Counted from the first letter of the stretch, positions 12,091 through 27,744 are shown. The stretch: DNA of 64,000 bases from the human T2T-CHM13v2.0 reference genome, Homo sapiens (GCF_009914755.1 NC_060928.1), one strand, 5' to 3'. Numbers and translations are program-made. Notes: generated by a model from the letters alone, not told the origin.

Positions 12091-12599
12091 TACAAGAGTA
12101 AAAATGATAAACAGAGTAACTGTAAACAGCGAAGATGAAACTTCAGTTGCTGTCTCGGTTGGGCTGAGTTCTCTTTGCTTTCACACATGACTTGTGTGTT
12201 GTTCATTGCACAGTTCTTTATCACTTGGTAGACTAAAATCTTAGCCATCTTCAGTTTTTGACTGAGACTTTTCTTTTGGTAATTGATTTATTTGAGGAGA
12301 ATGAAATACAAAGTTTCTTCATTTTCTCCTAACAATTTTTCACTAACTATGCCTCCTCACATCTGCTTCCCACCAGCTTCTTTGGGTGATGGTGTAGAAC
12401 CTAGGATATCATCATAAGCCAATTGGTGGTTCCTGAGTCCTTTCTTCAATTTGGAATCACATGGATTTGGAATCTTAACTGATTTACAGGCCAAAGTTAT
12501 TCTATAGGCTCTTCAGATGAAATATAGCCTATTTACAGAATGGATGAATTTATAAAAATTGGAGCTTGCAGAGGATACATAGGTGTAGCCTTTGTTCTG

Positions 12600-12890
12600 T
12601 GTGAAGGGTCACATCTTCCAGGAAGCTTTTCTCATCCTCTTCTGCCAGATAGATTGATCTTCCTTCTTCTGTACCCTCTTCCCCACTGAGCTCTGTACAT
12701 TTTGCTCTTGGGTATCTATAACACATTAGTAATCTTATTGTCTTAACAGCTCTGCCTTCTTTCCACTACCCTGCAAGCCCCTTAAGAACTGGGGCCTTGT
12801 TTTATTCATCTTTGTTAGATATAGAGTGTCTAACAAAATCCTCACATATAGTAGATGCTTAGGGAATAATTTTTGAGTGATTGAATAAAT
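12600..12890 (+). mobile_element. L2 3' fragment
   Basis: gtcacatcttccaggaagctttt..ttattcatctttgt..agtagatgctt..ttgaataaatg. Confidence 0.65.
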
Positions 12891-12903
12891 GGTAGCCCTG
12901 TTA

Positions 12904-13334
<431 letters not shown>

Positions 13335-13813
13335 TCAAAATTGGTTATGTTCATATTTCCAGATTTCAAAACAAAAGTGATGCTGACTTATATAGTGACA
13401 ATGTCTAGACTAGACTAGTGGGAGTAAATAAAACTGCAGACTTATTACAGACTCAAAAATACTTTGAATACTTTTGAATACTTAGGCATAGTACTATATA
13501 AAACTCCCCAATTTTTGTAACCGGACCTCTTGCTGAGAAAATCAGCACGTGGACCAAAAATAAAGATAATATATTTTTCTTAGATATTGGAACTACTAAT
13601 ATGTTTATAGTTATTTTGTACTGATGACCATGTGTTGCAACTCATTTAAATGCTACATTTCTTAATATCAAAGAATTAAGAAGTTTTAAAAAATTAGTCT
13701 ACCCTTTAAAAAAACCCAGCCATTTTTCATATAAGGAGGAATATTAGTAGAGAGTTATAAAGGATGGTAATTTTGTCTGTATCATTCATTCATTCAGCTC
13801 AACCTAGACTGAG

Positions 13814-14246
13814 TGTGATGGTTAATACTGAGCGTCAACTTGATTGGATTGAAGGATGCAATATTGATCCTGGGTGTGTCTGTAAGGGTGTTGCCAAAGG
13901 AGATCAACGTTTGAGTCAGTGGGCTGGGGAAGGCAGACCCACCCTTTATCGGATGGGCACCATCTAATCAGACACCAGTGAATATAAAGTAGGCAGAAAA
14001 ACGTGAAGGGATGAGACAGGCCTAGCCTCTCAGCCTACGTCTTTCTCCAGTGCTGCATGCTTCCTACCCTCTATCATCAGACTCCAAATTCTTCAGTTTT
14101 GGGACTCGCACTGGCTCTCCTTGCTCCTTAGGCTACAGACAGCCTATTGTGGGACCTTGTGATCGTGTAATTTTATACTTAATAAACTCCCCTTCATATA
14201 TATATTATATTAGTTCTGTCCCTCTAAGAGAGCCCTGACTAATACA
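13814..14246 (+). mobile_element. MLT2A solo LTR (HERV-L)
   Basis: tgtgatggttaatactgag start, ccctgactaataca end; 5-bp TSD ctgag/ttgag; inserted in an L2 fragment. Confidence 0.93.
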
Positions 14247-14719
14247 TTGAGTATCTTCTATATTCTAGGCATTGTCGTAGGGGATACACTTGCAAATAAA
14301 TTTTGATTCTTGAATATATTTTTTTCCTTTATTATTAAATCCATAGGAAGTCTATATTACTTTACTTTGGAATATTTTATTGAGAAGGGAGATTATAAAG
14401 CTGCCTTAACCCTGAGGTGACCAGATATCCTGGAGTGATAGGACCACAACTAGGTAACATCATTTTGCCTCAAGAGGTTGACTTTCACTCATGTTTGTGG
14501 CTATGCACTACACCACATACCTCTCAAGCACTATACTTTTAGCTGATTTTGGCCTAAGGTTTTATCAGAGGTTCTGATTACATTTTAATTTAGTGATTTT
14601 TCTACCATTTTAGTAAATATTTCTTAGAAGCTTAGAACCTCATGTACCCCCTAAGATGCAGTGTGGCATAGTGCCAGAAAAACAACCTGGCGAGGAATCA
14701 GATCTGGCTCTTCAAGAGC

Positions 14720-15080
14720 AGATCCAACAAACATTTCTTAGGATCTGTCATGTGCCAGACATGGAATTCAGCACTTTTGCATACACCTTCTTTTAAAATC
14801 CTCACAATAACCCTGAAGGTAGATATGATTATAATCATTTTACTGTTGGAGTTAGTCGCAGGTAAGGAGTATGTTTCTCTGGGTTTGAGTCCTAGTTTTA
14901 TTATTTATTGTGTACCTGTGTGACTTAAAGAAGTTTCCAAAGTTTCTCTTCTTCAGGTTTCTTAAATTAGGCAACAGTATTAGCTTCTAGGGTTTGGGGG
15001 AAGATTAGATGAATTAAGCAAGTTAAATATATAGAGTGGTATCTGACCCACAGTAAGCACTAAGCAAATATAAGCTGTTT
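14720..15080. mobile_element. Two MIR fragments in opposite orientation
   Basis: aaatcctcacaataaccctgaaggtag (minus); ctgggtttgagtcctag..gaagattagatgaatt..agtaagcact (plus). Confidence 0.65.
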
Positions 15081-15093
15081 TTGTCCATGATGA

Positions 15094-15441
<348 letters not shown>

Positions 15442-16229
15442 TATTAGCATTTTTGAATCTACAGCATCATATTTTAAAAGCTTTGTAGCATTGTTGGAAG
15501 ACTAAGAAGAGTATACTTAGTGTGAAACTAAACAGTGATGCATTATGTAATTATATAGGATTAGGAGTAAATTTTTGATTATTTAGCATATCCTTGTTAT
15601 TAATCCCATTTTCTAGTTTTTCTTGAAAACTCTATCTAAATATTCTAGCAAAGGAGACAAGTGCTCTAGGACTCACTCATTTTTTTCTCAAATTGTCCAA
15701 GCTCCTTTTTGCTAAGTTCTCAAAAAATGCAATTTCAGTTTTATCTTTTGACCTCTAATACATGTTATTAATTTTGACCAGGGAATAGGAAAGGCTTTAT
15801 GAGTGGATAAGACATGTAATAACTATTTTTTTATAATAGACTTTAGTTCAGTAGTTCCTTGGGATGTATTATAATAGCAACCTATGCTGATAATTAGCAC
15901 ACTTTTCAAAAAGCTTTCATTTCCTTTACAACAACCTTCTAAGGCGTGTGGGCATGGGTTGTCATGCCCACTTTACAGATAAGAAAGCTGCGACTCCTGA
16001 ACTATAAGTAACTGCCTAAGATTTCATCTAGGAGATTAATGTTAGAATTGTTCTCCCAGCTCATAATCCATAATACTATATATATCATTGTTCAGCATAA
16101 CAACATCAATTTCTGGGCTGTGTTTTGATTGTTGTGCAAAAGTAATGTTTAACTTAATTTTCACTATAACCCTACATGGTAGATAGTGCCTCCATTTTAT
16201 AGATGTGAAACTGAGCCCAAAACTTGCAA

Positions 16230-16876
16230 CACTGCAATGCAATTCTGATGCTAACTGCCCAGAGTCAGTGCAGATTTCACAGGTTGAGGGCACAGTACCC
16301 GATAAGACTGCCTTCACTTTAGATGGCAGCTGCAAATTTTGGGGTCCTTTGGTCATTTGTGCTTTTGATCAACTGGCTCCAAATTTGGGGGATCCCATGA
16401 CCCTTTCAGGTGTAATAATTCACTAGAACAACTCATAGAACTCAGGATAGCATTGTACTTATAATTATGGTTTTATTATGAAGGATACACACAAGGCCAG
16501 GTCTAGAAGGCTCCTGGACAAAGAGCTTCCATGTGGAATCAGGACAGATCACTCTCCCAGCAGATTGATGTGTTTACCAACCAGGAAGCTCACCCATGCT
16601 TCAGTTTCCAGAGTTTTTAATTGGAGTTTCATTGATTTAATTATTGGTCCTGTGGTTGGACTCAGTCTCTAATTCCCAGAGATTGGGCTGATAGGACCCG
16701 GCTCAAAGCCCCAACTTCTAGTCACATGGTTAGTCTTTCTGGCATGATCAGTACCTATCTTGAGTCATCTCCTTAGCATAAACTCAGGGGTGGTCCAAGG
16801 ACACAGACTCTTCTACCACTTAGGAAACCCTAAGCTCTCTTCCAGGAATCTGGGACAAATTCTTTATTATATAGCA
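16230..16876 (-). mobile_element. MER21/MER77-family LTR
   Basis: caattctgatgctaactgcccagagtcagtgcag..; reverse strand begins tgctatataataaagaatttgtcccagattcctgg. Confidence 0.75.
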
Positions 16877-17189
16877 ATACTTTAAATAGGACAAGAATCA
16901 GCAAATGTTTGTCAAATGAAGTCTGGAGGAATGAATGAGGAAATGAAATGTATTTGATGGGTTTTCTGAGGGATTTGAACCAGACCTTGTACCATCTTTT
17001 CTAGGGTAATGATCTTTGGAGCTTCTGAAAGTTTCATCCTATGAAGTGCCCTGAATCTGCCAGCATGACAGGGGGCATGCATCTTGGATTCAGGGGCTTG
17101 GCCCTTTAGCCGGGTCTGGTAGAGACGGTGGTGATGATGTTTCTCCAGAGTGCATTATACCTTTCATGTGCCACCCTATTACCACAAGG

Positions 17190-17395
17190 TATTCATTTAT
17201 TTAACAAATATTTAATGAATGCCTGCAATACTCTAGGCACTGCTCCAGGTGCTGGGGATAGAGTGGTGAACAAAACAGACAAAAACCCCTGCCTTTTTGA
17301 AGCTTTCATTCTAGTGAGGAGAGATGGACAATAAACAAACACCTAATGATATGCTAGTCAGGTGGTGATGAATGCTTTGGAGAAAAATAAATTGA
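17190..17395 (-). mobile_element. L2 3' fragment
   Basis: attcatttatttaacaaatattt..ggtgctggggatagagtggtgaacaaaacagac. Confidence 0.85.
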
Positions 17396-17659
17396 ATGCC
17401 CAGAAACTGTCACTGCTCCTCTGCAGGCTGGGCAGGTGAGCCCTGGACAAGCATCCAACTCCAGGGCAAAGTTTGTAATTTGTTGTTGCTGCTGCATGCC
17501 CTCTAGGTTAGAAAAAAGTCTGTCCCTGAATGTTTTAGTGAGTCTGCCTGGCCTTTTGATTCTGCAGTGATTAAATGCCAGGCTATTGGGAATTAGTTTT
17601 ATTCTAATTCAAGGTTAAATGTAGAAAAGACCTCCCGCTTCTCCATCTATCAAAATTCA

Positions 17660-17975
17660 ACTATGGATCTTTTAAGGGTATCAGCCCCTCTTTGAAGCCT
17701 CCTCTGACCTGCCCCCACCCCAGTTGCATTTAATCCCTCCTCTCCCTGCTTTCACAGCATTTAACTTATAGCTCTGTTGTATCGCATTTCATTCTGTTTT
17801 ATACGAAATTACATGCTTATGTGATCTGTTTTTCCAGTAAAATTTGTAATTTTCTTGGAGGCAAGGAGGTTCCTTTTCACTCTATGCTCACTGTGTTCAT
17901 ATCCTCCCCCCATCCCAAGGAACTTTAAAATGCCTGGTACACAGTAGCTGTTCAATTAACTATTGACTGAAAGAA
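17660..17975 (+). mobile_element. L2 3' fragment
   Basis: ttgaagcctcctctgacc..cttggaggcaagg..tgcctggtacacagtagctgttcaat. Confidence 0.65.
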
Positions 17976-18599
17976 AGACACCTTAAAGCATTCTTACCAG
18001 TGCAGATATCTGACTTGCAATGTGTAAGTTTCTTATCTATTTCCACTGCTTTCTTAGATGAATGGAGTTTTCGCTAGTTTCCGTAGGACATTAGTTGGGA
18101 CTATTTCTTAGGAAAGCATATCAAATTTCAGACTTCTGAATGAAGTAACAACAGGCACTGGGAACAACAACAATACAGATCTCCTTATTGTTTCTTTTCT
18201 GATTGCAAAGAAGTACATAATCACTGTAGAAAGTTTAGAAAGTATAAATGAGCATAAAGCAAATAAAAATCACTTTCATTCAACTATTCATTTAAAAGAT
18301 ATCTACTGAGCTGTTACTATTTACTCTCTAGGTACATACAACACATTGGAAATATAACAGTAAATAAAATAGGCCAAGCCTTGCTTTCAGAAGTAGTGAT
18401 AAATTAACTTACACAGTTAATGAATTAAAATGTTCATAATTCTTCCACATGAAGATAGTTAATGCTAAGATTTTAGTGTATATTTATCCAATCTATTCAT
18501 TAAAGCAGTATATTCATAAAAAATATACTCATTATATTCTCATTAATGAGAATATAATTTTAATGAGCAGTATATTCTCATTAAAAAAAATGAGATAAA

Positions 18600-18746
18600 G
18601 TGGCACACACCTGTAATCCCACTTACTCAGGAAGCTGAGGCAGGAGAATCACTTGAGCCTGGGAGGTGGAGGTTGTAGTGAGCCGAGATCGCGCCACTGT
18701 TGTAGGCTGGGCGAGAGAGTGAGACCCTGTCTCAAAAAAAAAAAAG
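18600..18746 (+). mobile_element. Alu right monomer (5'-truncated)
   Basis: gtggcacacacctgtaatccc..gtgagaccctgtctcaaaaaaaaaaaa. Confidence 0.93.
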
Positions 18747-18801
18747 CGATGATATTTCAAGACTGTTTTCTAACCTGCCTCTTTAACCTAATGTATTATG
18801 A

Positions 18802-19076
<275 letters not shown>

Positions 19077-19974
19077 TACAATATTGTTTAAAATAGCCAA
19101 TAACATTTTGTTTAGTGATGTTCCAAACTTTCTAACTGTGATACATTGATCATTTACTTAGAACAAATGACTGGAATTGGAATTTTTCTATCAAAGGGTC
19201 TGCAAAAATGTAAAGATTTTGATGGATACGGCTAAATTGCCCCTCTGCTCTGCCTGATTGCTGCCAGTTTACATTTCTGCCAGCAGTGTATGAGAGGACT
19301 GGTATCAGCAATTTTTTTTCATTTAAAAATGAATCAACTTGGTTGTGCGTTTTTGTTTGTGAGTGTGTGATCATTTGTTACGCATTGATCTCTAATGAGA
19401 TCTGCTCCAAAGTAGACAATGAATAAAATTGTAATCAGTGTTAGGCCAGAGAAGCATTTTGCCAAGGTGGATGTCAGGACTCTCGGATGGTTTCAGCCCT
19501 TACACCATAAAGCAAGGGAATGACGAATCCAGGCCCTGTTCTTTATGTCTATGTTAATTGATTCTTCAGTTTGGCCATCGTCTTGCCGCCACATGAAGAA
19601 AGGGCATTTAAGAAAAATCTCGGGCTGAGAACACAGAAACAAAGAAAGAGCTAGGGCAAATGGTACCAGTGTCACTAATGAGATTGCAAAGGAGAAGCAC
19701 ACCAGGTACCCATGAGAAAGACTGTAAGGAGCAGTGTCAGTGTAAGGATAGTGTCAGTGTGACACTTGACTTATAAAATGCTAGAAGATTGCTACTTTAT
19801 ATTAATATTATGGTCTAGGCACTAAAGAGATCCTATTTTTCTTTCTAAAACATGCCAATTTTTTTTTTTCATACAAAATGAAAGTGGTATCAAACAGGGC
19901 ACAGGCTTGTGAGGGTTCTGTGCTGTGGAGGGGAAGGCAAGATCAGCTGGGAAACAGTGCTAGAATGCCAGTCG

Positions 19975-20140
19975 GTAGCCTTGCGTTCTTTCTTTGATTT
20001 TACTACTGCCTACCTCTGTGACCTTGGGCAAGTTCCTCAGCCTCTGAGGACTTCAGTCTTCTTGTTGTTAAAGTGAGGGGTTTTAACAAAAGGGGTCTCA
20101 TGTTTCTTCCGTTTTTAAGTATTCTCTGATCCTCTGTCCC
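19975..20140 (+). mobile_element. MIR/MIR3 fragment
   Basis: ctgtgaccttgggcaagtt..cctctgaggacttcagt. Confidence 0.65.
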
Positions 20141-22112
20141 CTAAACCAAAGCTCACACTGGTTCAGATTAAGGAACCTCTAATTCCCTCTCCTCCAATAT
20201 AGGGAATGACATGTGATGGCAGCAGTTTTTAGGCTGTCATCTCTCCTATGAGCTTCTCTTTTGAATTTTATTAGAAAGAGAAGATTTTGGGATTTGTAGC
20301 ATAATTTACTACTCACAAATGACAATTTCTTCTTTATATTTCTGTCCTAAACTTTGTAGTTACCATCTACGTCTGACTTCACATTCATAATAATAATGCA
20401 AGACCAATCCTTTCCATCCTTCATTACTCTTTTCTCCATTCTTCTACTTTCTTAACTTCCTATCTTACCTCATAAAATGCTGAACACTCTGCAATGTACT
20501 GAAACAGTTGTTCTATAGAAGACCAGTATGCTCCAATGACTCTCAGTATTGTATATCTTCATCAACCCTAAAAGAAGGCTGTGTTTGTGTTTGTGTGTGT
20601 GTGCACGTACCTCCACGCCGAGTTGAGAAACATGAATTAGGAGGAGGAATGATTAGGTGGTTGGGCTTCAAAGAGAACATTTGTAGATTCTATCTGGAAC
20701 ACATTTTATTAAAATTGCAACAAACTTTATAAAATCAGATGTATGGTTCATTAAGAGAACATTACCTTACAATCATGATTAATTAGATTAAACTTATGAA
20801 AGTGTGTTATTTGTTCAAATCAAAAGGGTGGGGGAAGATGATGGATGATGAAAGAGTGTGATAAATGAAGAAAGCAGCTGAACTAAATTGAATGTGTATT
20901 CATCCGTTTTCACTTCATAACTAATGATAAATTGAGCATGTCACATTTAACAATACATATCTGGGCTTAAGCACACAGTTTCAGCTCCTGTTCACTAATG
21001 CCTTTTGATAGGTAGTTGAGACCAAAGAATTGAAATTCTAGTTCCTGGACTTTTGTCTGCCTGGCTCTTACCTTGGAAAACACAAAGGATACTTATTGAC
21101 TGAATAAAGGAATTTATGAAATTGTTAATACTTAAAAGCTGTACTTCCTCAGGTCATGCTTATGGTATTTAAAAGTAGGAGATTTATCTTACTTTCCAAG
21201 AAAAAGGATTTTTTCCTCCTTTGCAGGACCAATCCAGTTGTAGAGGTAGAAAGTACTCAGAATTGTGGAAATATTTTTCCTCCTTTTCTTTCTCAAATGT
21301 ACCCATGTTTACCTTGGCAATCGATTGGAAGAAACACCCCAAAAGGCTCATTAGAGAGTCTGGGAAATTTGAAAGTGAGGGGTAAACATCAAACAGTTTA
21401 CATCAGTTTCCTGAAATCTCAAGTTTTCCAATATTTCAAATCACATTGTAGTCTCTCAAGGACCATCTGAGATTTATGAAGCTGATCTTAGGGTCAGGGA
21501 GAAAGTTTGTGGAAAATGTTTCCAATCACACTGAATTAGACACATTTGCCACATAGAGTCTGGAACGGTTTATGAAAAGAATCCATTTTTTTTGCTAGAA
21601 AAGTTCAAGAGAGTTACAATATAGGATCTGACACACAGGGAATCTTTCTCTGCTCTTTAGTTCTCACTGAGTTTGAATTAAAACAATGTGAAGTGAGTGG
21701 GTGTTTCTGAAAAGATTACACAACTTTTTGTTTTTCTGTTTCTGAGTTTTCTAAAAGGATTTTAGTAAGATTCCTTTTGAGTTGTGGTGACTGTTTCTAA
21801 TCAGTTTTGATTTTTATCTGAATCTCATCTACAAGCCCTACCTCAAAACTTATTTAAGCATTTCCAGCTTGCGATTTTCAGTAATGATGAAGCTTTTAAG
21901 AGACCGACTATCTTTCAGATACTTTTCAGACTCTCACACTAGGGCTATGCAGTAGAAGATATTTTTGGACAAGAATTACCCTACTCCTCAGAGCAAAGGA
22001 GGCATTCTGAAAGACGGAGGTGAGACAAACTGTGGCCATGTAGGAGTTCTGAAGGGATGGATGATGCTGTTGACAGGAGTAGTTATTCAATGTTAGTTAT
22101 AATACACCACTA

Positions 22113-22665
<553 letters not shown>

Positions 22666-23684
22666 TTTAGAATGAGGCATGAATTTAAAGAATGGCAAAT
22701 TAGTCAACTTGGTGAGCAACTGAAGATGAAATTTAAGGTGAGTGACAAGGCTGACATATATAAATAAGCCTAATTACATTCTTATAGTAGTACAACAAAC
22801 ACATCAGTGAATACTATGCCAAATGAATCCTACACTCAACAACTTGACTATAACAGTAATAACTTTAATTTAATATAAATTGGGTTGGTCTTGGATCCCA
22901 ACCAAAATGATTTAATTCCTTAAATACCCAAATAATTTTGCTCTGCTTAAGTCTTTTTCATAATGTGTTTTCTTAGAAATTGGGTTATTAAATTATAGTG
23001 AGTTTTTTTTAGGAGGTGTTATAATCTCTCCTTTTACCTAGAGAAGAATTGGAAGGGTATGCTTTGATCTTATGATTAAACTGGGAACAGAACTGAAAGC
23101 AGAATTCAGCTTTCTTGAGTGTATTGCTTGATTCTCCAACTGAAACTGCCTCCCCTTTCTAGGCCAGGGCATTGCTCTCTCTCCTGGGAGGAGATGGTCT
23201 TTAGTAATGGCAAGTTGTGTTTGGAAAAGAATATCCTGAAGGTGAGGGAAGGTGGTAAAGCCTTCAGCCATGCTAAACTATTCAAAAGAGGAGCTTAGAG
23301 GAAGAAATTGTCACACTTGTCTGAGTTCTGACGTGAAAATACATTTCAGAGCCAAGACAATTCATCTGTTAGGCTTCCTGTTGGAAGAATATTTACTCAG
23401 CTGTGGGAAGAGAGTTTCAGTGAACATCCAAGATAATGAAAGTTTGATAATACTCAATATTGTGGAAATAACCATGAATCGAATACATTCTTAGTGTCAG
23501 AATGCGAGATGATAAAGAACCTTGAAGAAGCTTCCTGGGGAGCAGAAAGCAACAGGATCCATATCAGCAGAGTTTTTGTTTTTTGTTTTTTTTTTTTTTA
23601 AATTTTTATTTCACTGGGAGACAGGGTCCTGTTTGGCAGGAGGAAGAAAAAACATGCTCATTTCACTTATTTTTGTTTCAACTC

Positions 23685-23982
23685 ATTTTTGAAAACATTG
23701 TGATAAAATATACATGACATAAAATTTATCATTTTAACCATTTTAAGTGTACAATTTAGTGGCCTTAAGTACGTATACAATGTTGTGTAACCATCACCAC
23801 TATCTAGTTCCACAATTCTTTATCACCTGAAACAGAGCTTTGTAACCATTAAAGAACAACTCCCCATTTTCCCTCCCCTCAGTCCCTAGTAGCCTCTGTT
23901 CTACTTTGTCACTATGAATTTGCCTATTCTAGATACTTACTGTAAGTGGAATCATACATTATTTGCCATTTTATGTCTGGCT
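23685..23982 (-). mobile_element. L1MB 3' end
   Basis: ttgtgataaaatatacatgacataaaattt..aagtgtacaatt..aaccatcaccactatctagttcc. Confidence 0.88.
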
Positions 23983-25729
23983 ACAGCTCACTTTTGTATT
24001 CCTAGTGTCTGGTTAATGCCAGGCACAAGAAAGGTACTTGAAAAATACAGATGGAATAAATGAAAGTCACAGTGGGAGGACGGGAGTAGCATGCACCTTC
24101 AGGATTTAACACATCACATTTTTAAAATTTATTAATATCAGTGATAAAGCCCTGCATTTGAACAACACTTGATGGTTTTTCAAAAAGCTTTGACATTTCA
24201 TTTCCCTTGCTACTTTATTATTTTGGAAAAAAAAGTCACTCTTTTAAGGATAGATTTAAGTAAAACATGTATCTACCCCCTGTTAATACTTTAGATTTTT
24301 CTGGTTTATTAATAATTGTACTTACAAACATTTTAATTTACTACCATTGGGAACAACTGCATGTGATAATGCTGGTCTAGGGAGTGAATGAAATCGATGC
24401 TTCATAATCAATTATTGATAAGATTAAGGCCCACCTCTCCTGAGAAGGAAATTGTAGCTCTAAGATATTAAGTGGATTCTTTCAAGATCCCACAGGAAAT
24501 CAGGAGCAGAGCCAGAATTAGAATTCGCAGCCTCCAAGTCCCCAAGGCTCCATTGGACTGAGCTGCCCACTAAACACAAACTTTCTTTTCCCCTGTGTCT
24601 ATTCCCAGTGACCTCTACTGGTGCTTACAAAGCATGAAGAAAAAGGAACCATTCTTCCATGAATTCTCCTACCAGCGCAAACATTGCAAATTGTTTTCTT
24701 TTGGGGTCAAAGCTTTGCCACCTGCCATTTTGGGCTCAGAGGAAGGCTGAAATACATCATTTGAGGGGTTATACACTCGAGGTGACCCGTTGCTGTCTAG
24801 TCCTGACTTCCCTTGGGGTTCGCCTCTCTCTCCTGCCTGCCGTCATCTCCAGCATCCCTGTCCTCTTGGTGAGCTCCAGGTGCCTTGAGGAGAACAGAGG
24901 GGACATTTTGCTCCAATTACAAATGCTGTAGCAAGGAAAGGTGAAGCAATTAAACTAATGCCCTCTCCATTGCCAACTTTATTTGTTCCTGTTTCTACGA
25001 TCCCATTTTCCCCCCTTTTCTGTGCAGTCTGTGGTTTGACACTCATTGTACTTCCCCTCTGATATTGTCTCATAAAACTCTCTGTCAGTAATATAATTGC
25101 CTGTCCAGCTTTCCAGGTTATGTGTTTTTTTTCCCCTAAAGCACATCGGTAGAGAAAGCATTTAAGCTTGACACGGTGACTTTCCTGGGCTAAGTTCCGT
25201 CCTTTTATCGCAGAAAGGCTTTCAAGTATGCACTATAGTGCACTTACTTTTTTCTTAATATAACTTCCATCCCACCTTCCTCGTCTGCTTGCCAAAGAAG
25301 GAAAATAGACTTGTTCTCTCGAATAATCAAATGAGACTGTGATAGGAAAAATAGGTCAGGGAATAGTAAGTAGCTAATTTACTGGGGACAATACATTTCT
25401 TACAATCCAAAGTTTTTAAATTGACGGACTTGAAAAAAAAGTTCTAACAGTGGTAGTGATATTTCAGTGACAAGATTTAGGTTTTATTAGGGATGTTCAT
25501 TTGGAATTTCAGTGGAGAAGGGAGAGGAAGGACAGAGAAGTGAGTGAGGTAGTGTTAGCTAGGGCAGAGCAATATTTTTTCTGATATATAAATGTAAATC
25601 TTTATTATGTGCCATTAGAGTTTAATATATGCCACTAGAATTTAGGGATAACATGTTGATTGTCTGCTCCTTCTTGTCTTACTTTGGGTCCCAATGGCAA
25701 CCCCTTTTTATTTCTTGGGACTCACATGA

Positions 25730-26171
<442 letters not shown>

Positions 26172-26319
26172 TAGCATTCTGCCTACACACTTACAAACAC
26201 ATACACAGATTCCTCAAGTCTACGTTGTTGATTTTGACTCACTTGGTCTTGGGTGGGGCCTAAGAAACCAGATATACAAACCACTTTTCCTGGTTATTCT
26301 AATGATTTAGAAATGTCTT

Positions 26320-26980
26320 TCTTATAACAATTTTTTAAATTGTCTTTCCTGACAACAATGTGTCCCTATCCCAGTCTATCATCTTCCAGGGTTATTGTCC
26401 TTAAAATGATCAAATCATAGTACCTGAACTTGGTGGAAGGCTAAAACAGGCTCTAAAACTTGTTTTTCCTCTCCCTCACCTGTAGGATAAAATTTGTACT
26501 TCTTGGTTTGGCGTAGAAGGTCCTCTTCATTGTAATTTCTGCCCATTTCTCCAGCTTTTTCTCCTATTGTCCTTTATGTACCTTATATAATCTATCCACA
26601 CTGAACTTCTCATTGGCCCCAATACATCTGCACATATTTGAATTCCAAAGTTTTACACATGATGTTCTTTTTGCCTGGAGTATCCCTCTCTCTCCTTGAC
26701 CTTGAGACAAGGCTTTCTTCAGAGGGTACCTCCTGCATGAAGCTTTCGTTGATTGGGCCAGGCACTGTTAGTTGCTCGTGGTTTGCAGGCACCTTCTTCT
26801 TGCCACTAAAACAGCATTTGTCAGATAGTACAGTGATTTGTCTTCACTAGATTGTGTACTACTGGATGCCAAAGACTATTTTCTACATCCTATTGTTTCC
26901 AAACCTACAACAATGTCTGGAAAATAATAGGTCTAAGGATTGTGTATAGCAATGAGTGGATGAAAGAGTATTGCTTTTAC
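26320..26980 (+). mobile_element. L2 fragment
   Basis: cctgtaggataaaattt..tttgcctggagtatccct..cctcctgcatgaagcttt..aatgagtggatgaa. Confidence 0.65.
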
Positions 26981-27024
26981 AGAGTGATAATTAAGAGCCT
27001 GGACTGTGGTCCCAGATTAATCAG

Positions 27025-27183
27025 GTTTTTTTTTTCTTTTTTAGAGTGGAGTTATCACTCTGTTTCCCAGGCTGGAGTGCAGTGGAATTATCATAGCTCA
27101 CTGCAGCCTCCTGGGCTCAAGCGATCCTCCCTGTTCAGCTTCCTGAGTAGCTGGGACTACAGGCACACTCCATCATTTCTGGG
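27025..27183 (-). mobile_element. FLAM/AluJ monomer inserted in MIR
   Basis: cccaggctggagtgcagtgg..atcatagctcactgcagcctcctgggctcaagcgatcctcc. Confidence 0.88.
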
Positions 27184-27439
27184 TATAGGTTTAGTTTTTG
27201 ACTATGCCACTTATTAGCTGGGTGATTTGGCTAAATACTTACCCCTCTGTGCCTCAATTTTCTCATTTAGCATAGTGTTAGCTATTATCATCACTGTTAC
27301 TGTCATTTTGCTATTTTTAAATGCTGGAGGAGGATTAAAGGGGTATCGATAGAGGGTTTGGATAGAAATAATAGGATACAAGGTCTCCTTTTGTGACCTT
27401 GGGCAAATTACACCACTGCTATATAAAACAGTGGTTTAA

Positions 27440-27697
27440 AATACTGCATATTCTCACTTCTAAGAGGGAGCTAAACTGATAATAACTTACAAACATAAAG
27501 AAGGAAACAGCAGTCCCTGGGGTCTACTTGAGGGTGGAGGATGGGAGGAGGGAGAGGAGCAGAAAGGATAACTATTTGGTACTGGGCTTAATAACTGGGC
27601 GATGAAATAATTTGTACAACAAAGCCCCATGACATGAGTTTACCTGTGTAACAAACCTTCACATGTACCCCTGAAGCTAAAGTAAAAGTTAAAAAAA
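27440..27697 (+). mobile_element. L1PA (about PA13) 3' end
   Basis: tactgcatattctcactt..gagggtggagg..gtaacaaaccttcacatgtacccctgaa..taaaagttaaaaaaa. Confidence 0.92.
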
Positions 27698-27744
27698 TGG
27701 TGCTTTAAAACCCTGTCTGTGGTACAGGCATATGGTAAGAATCA

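Noticed and set aside
19569-19710. Candidate exon after ttcttcAG
   Set aside because: Stops in all three frames and only weak donors; no independent support
23038-23560. Unique sequence with 77-80 aa ORFs
   Set aside because: No recognisable homology and no consistent acceptor/donor pair around an open frame
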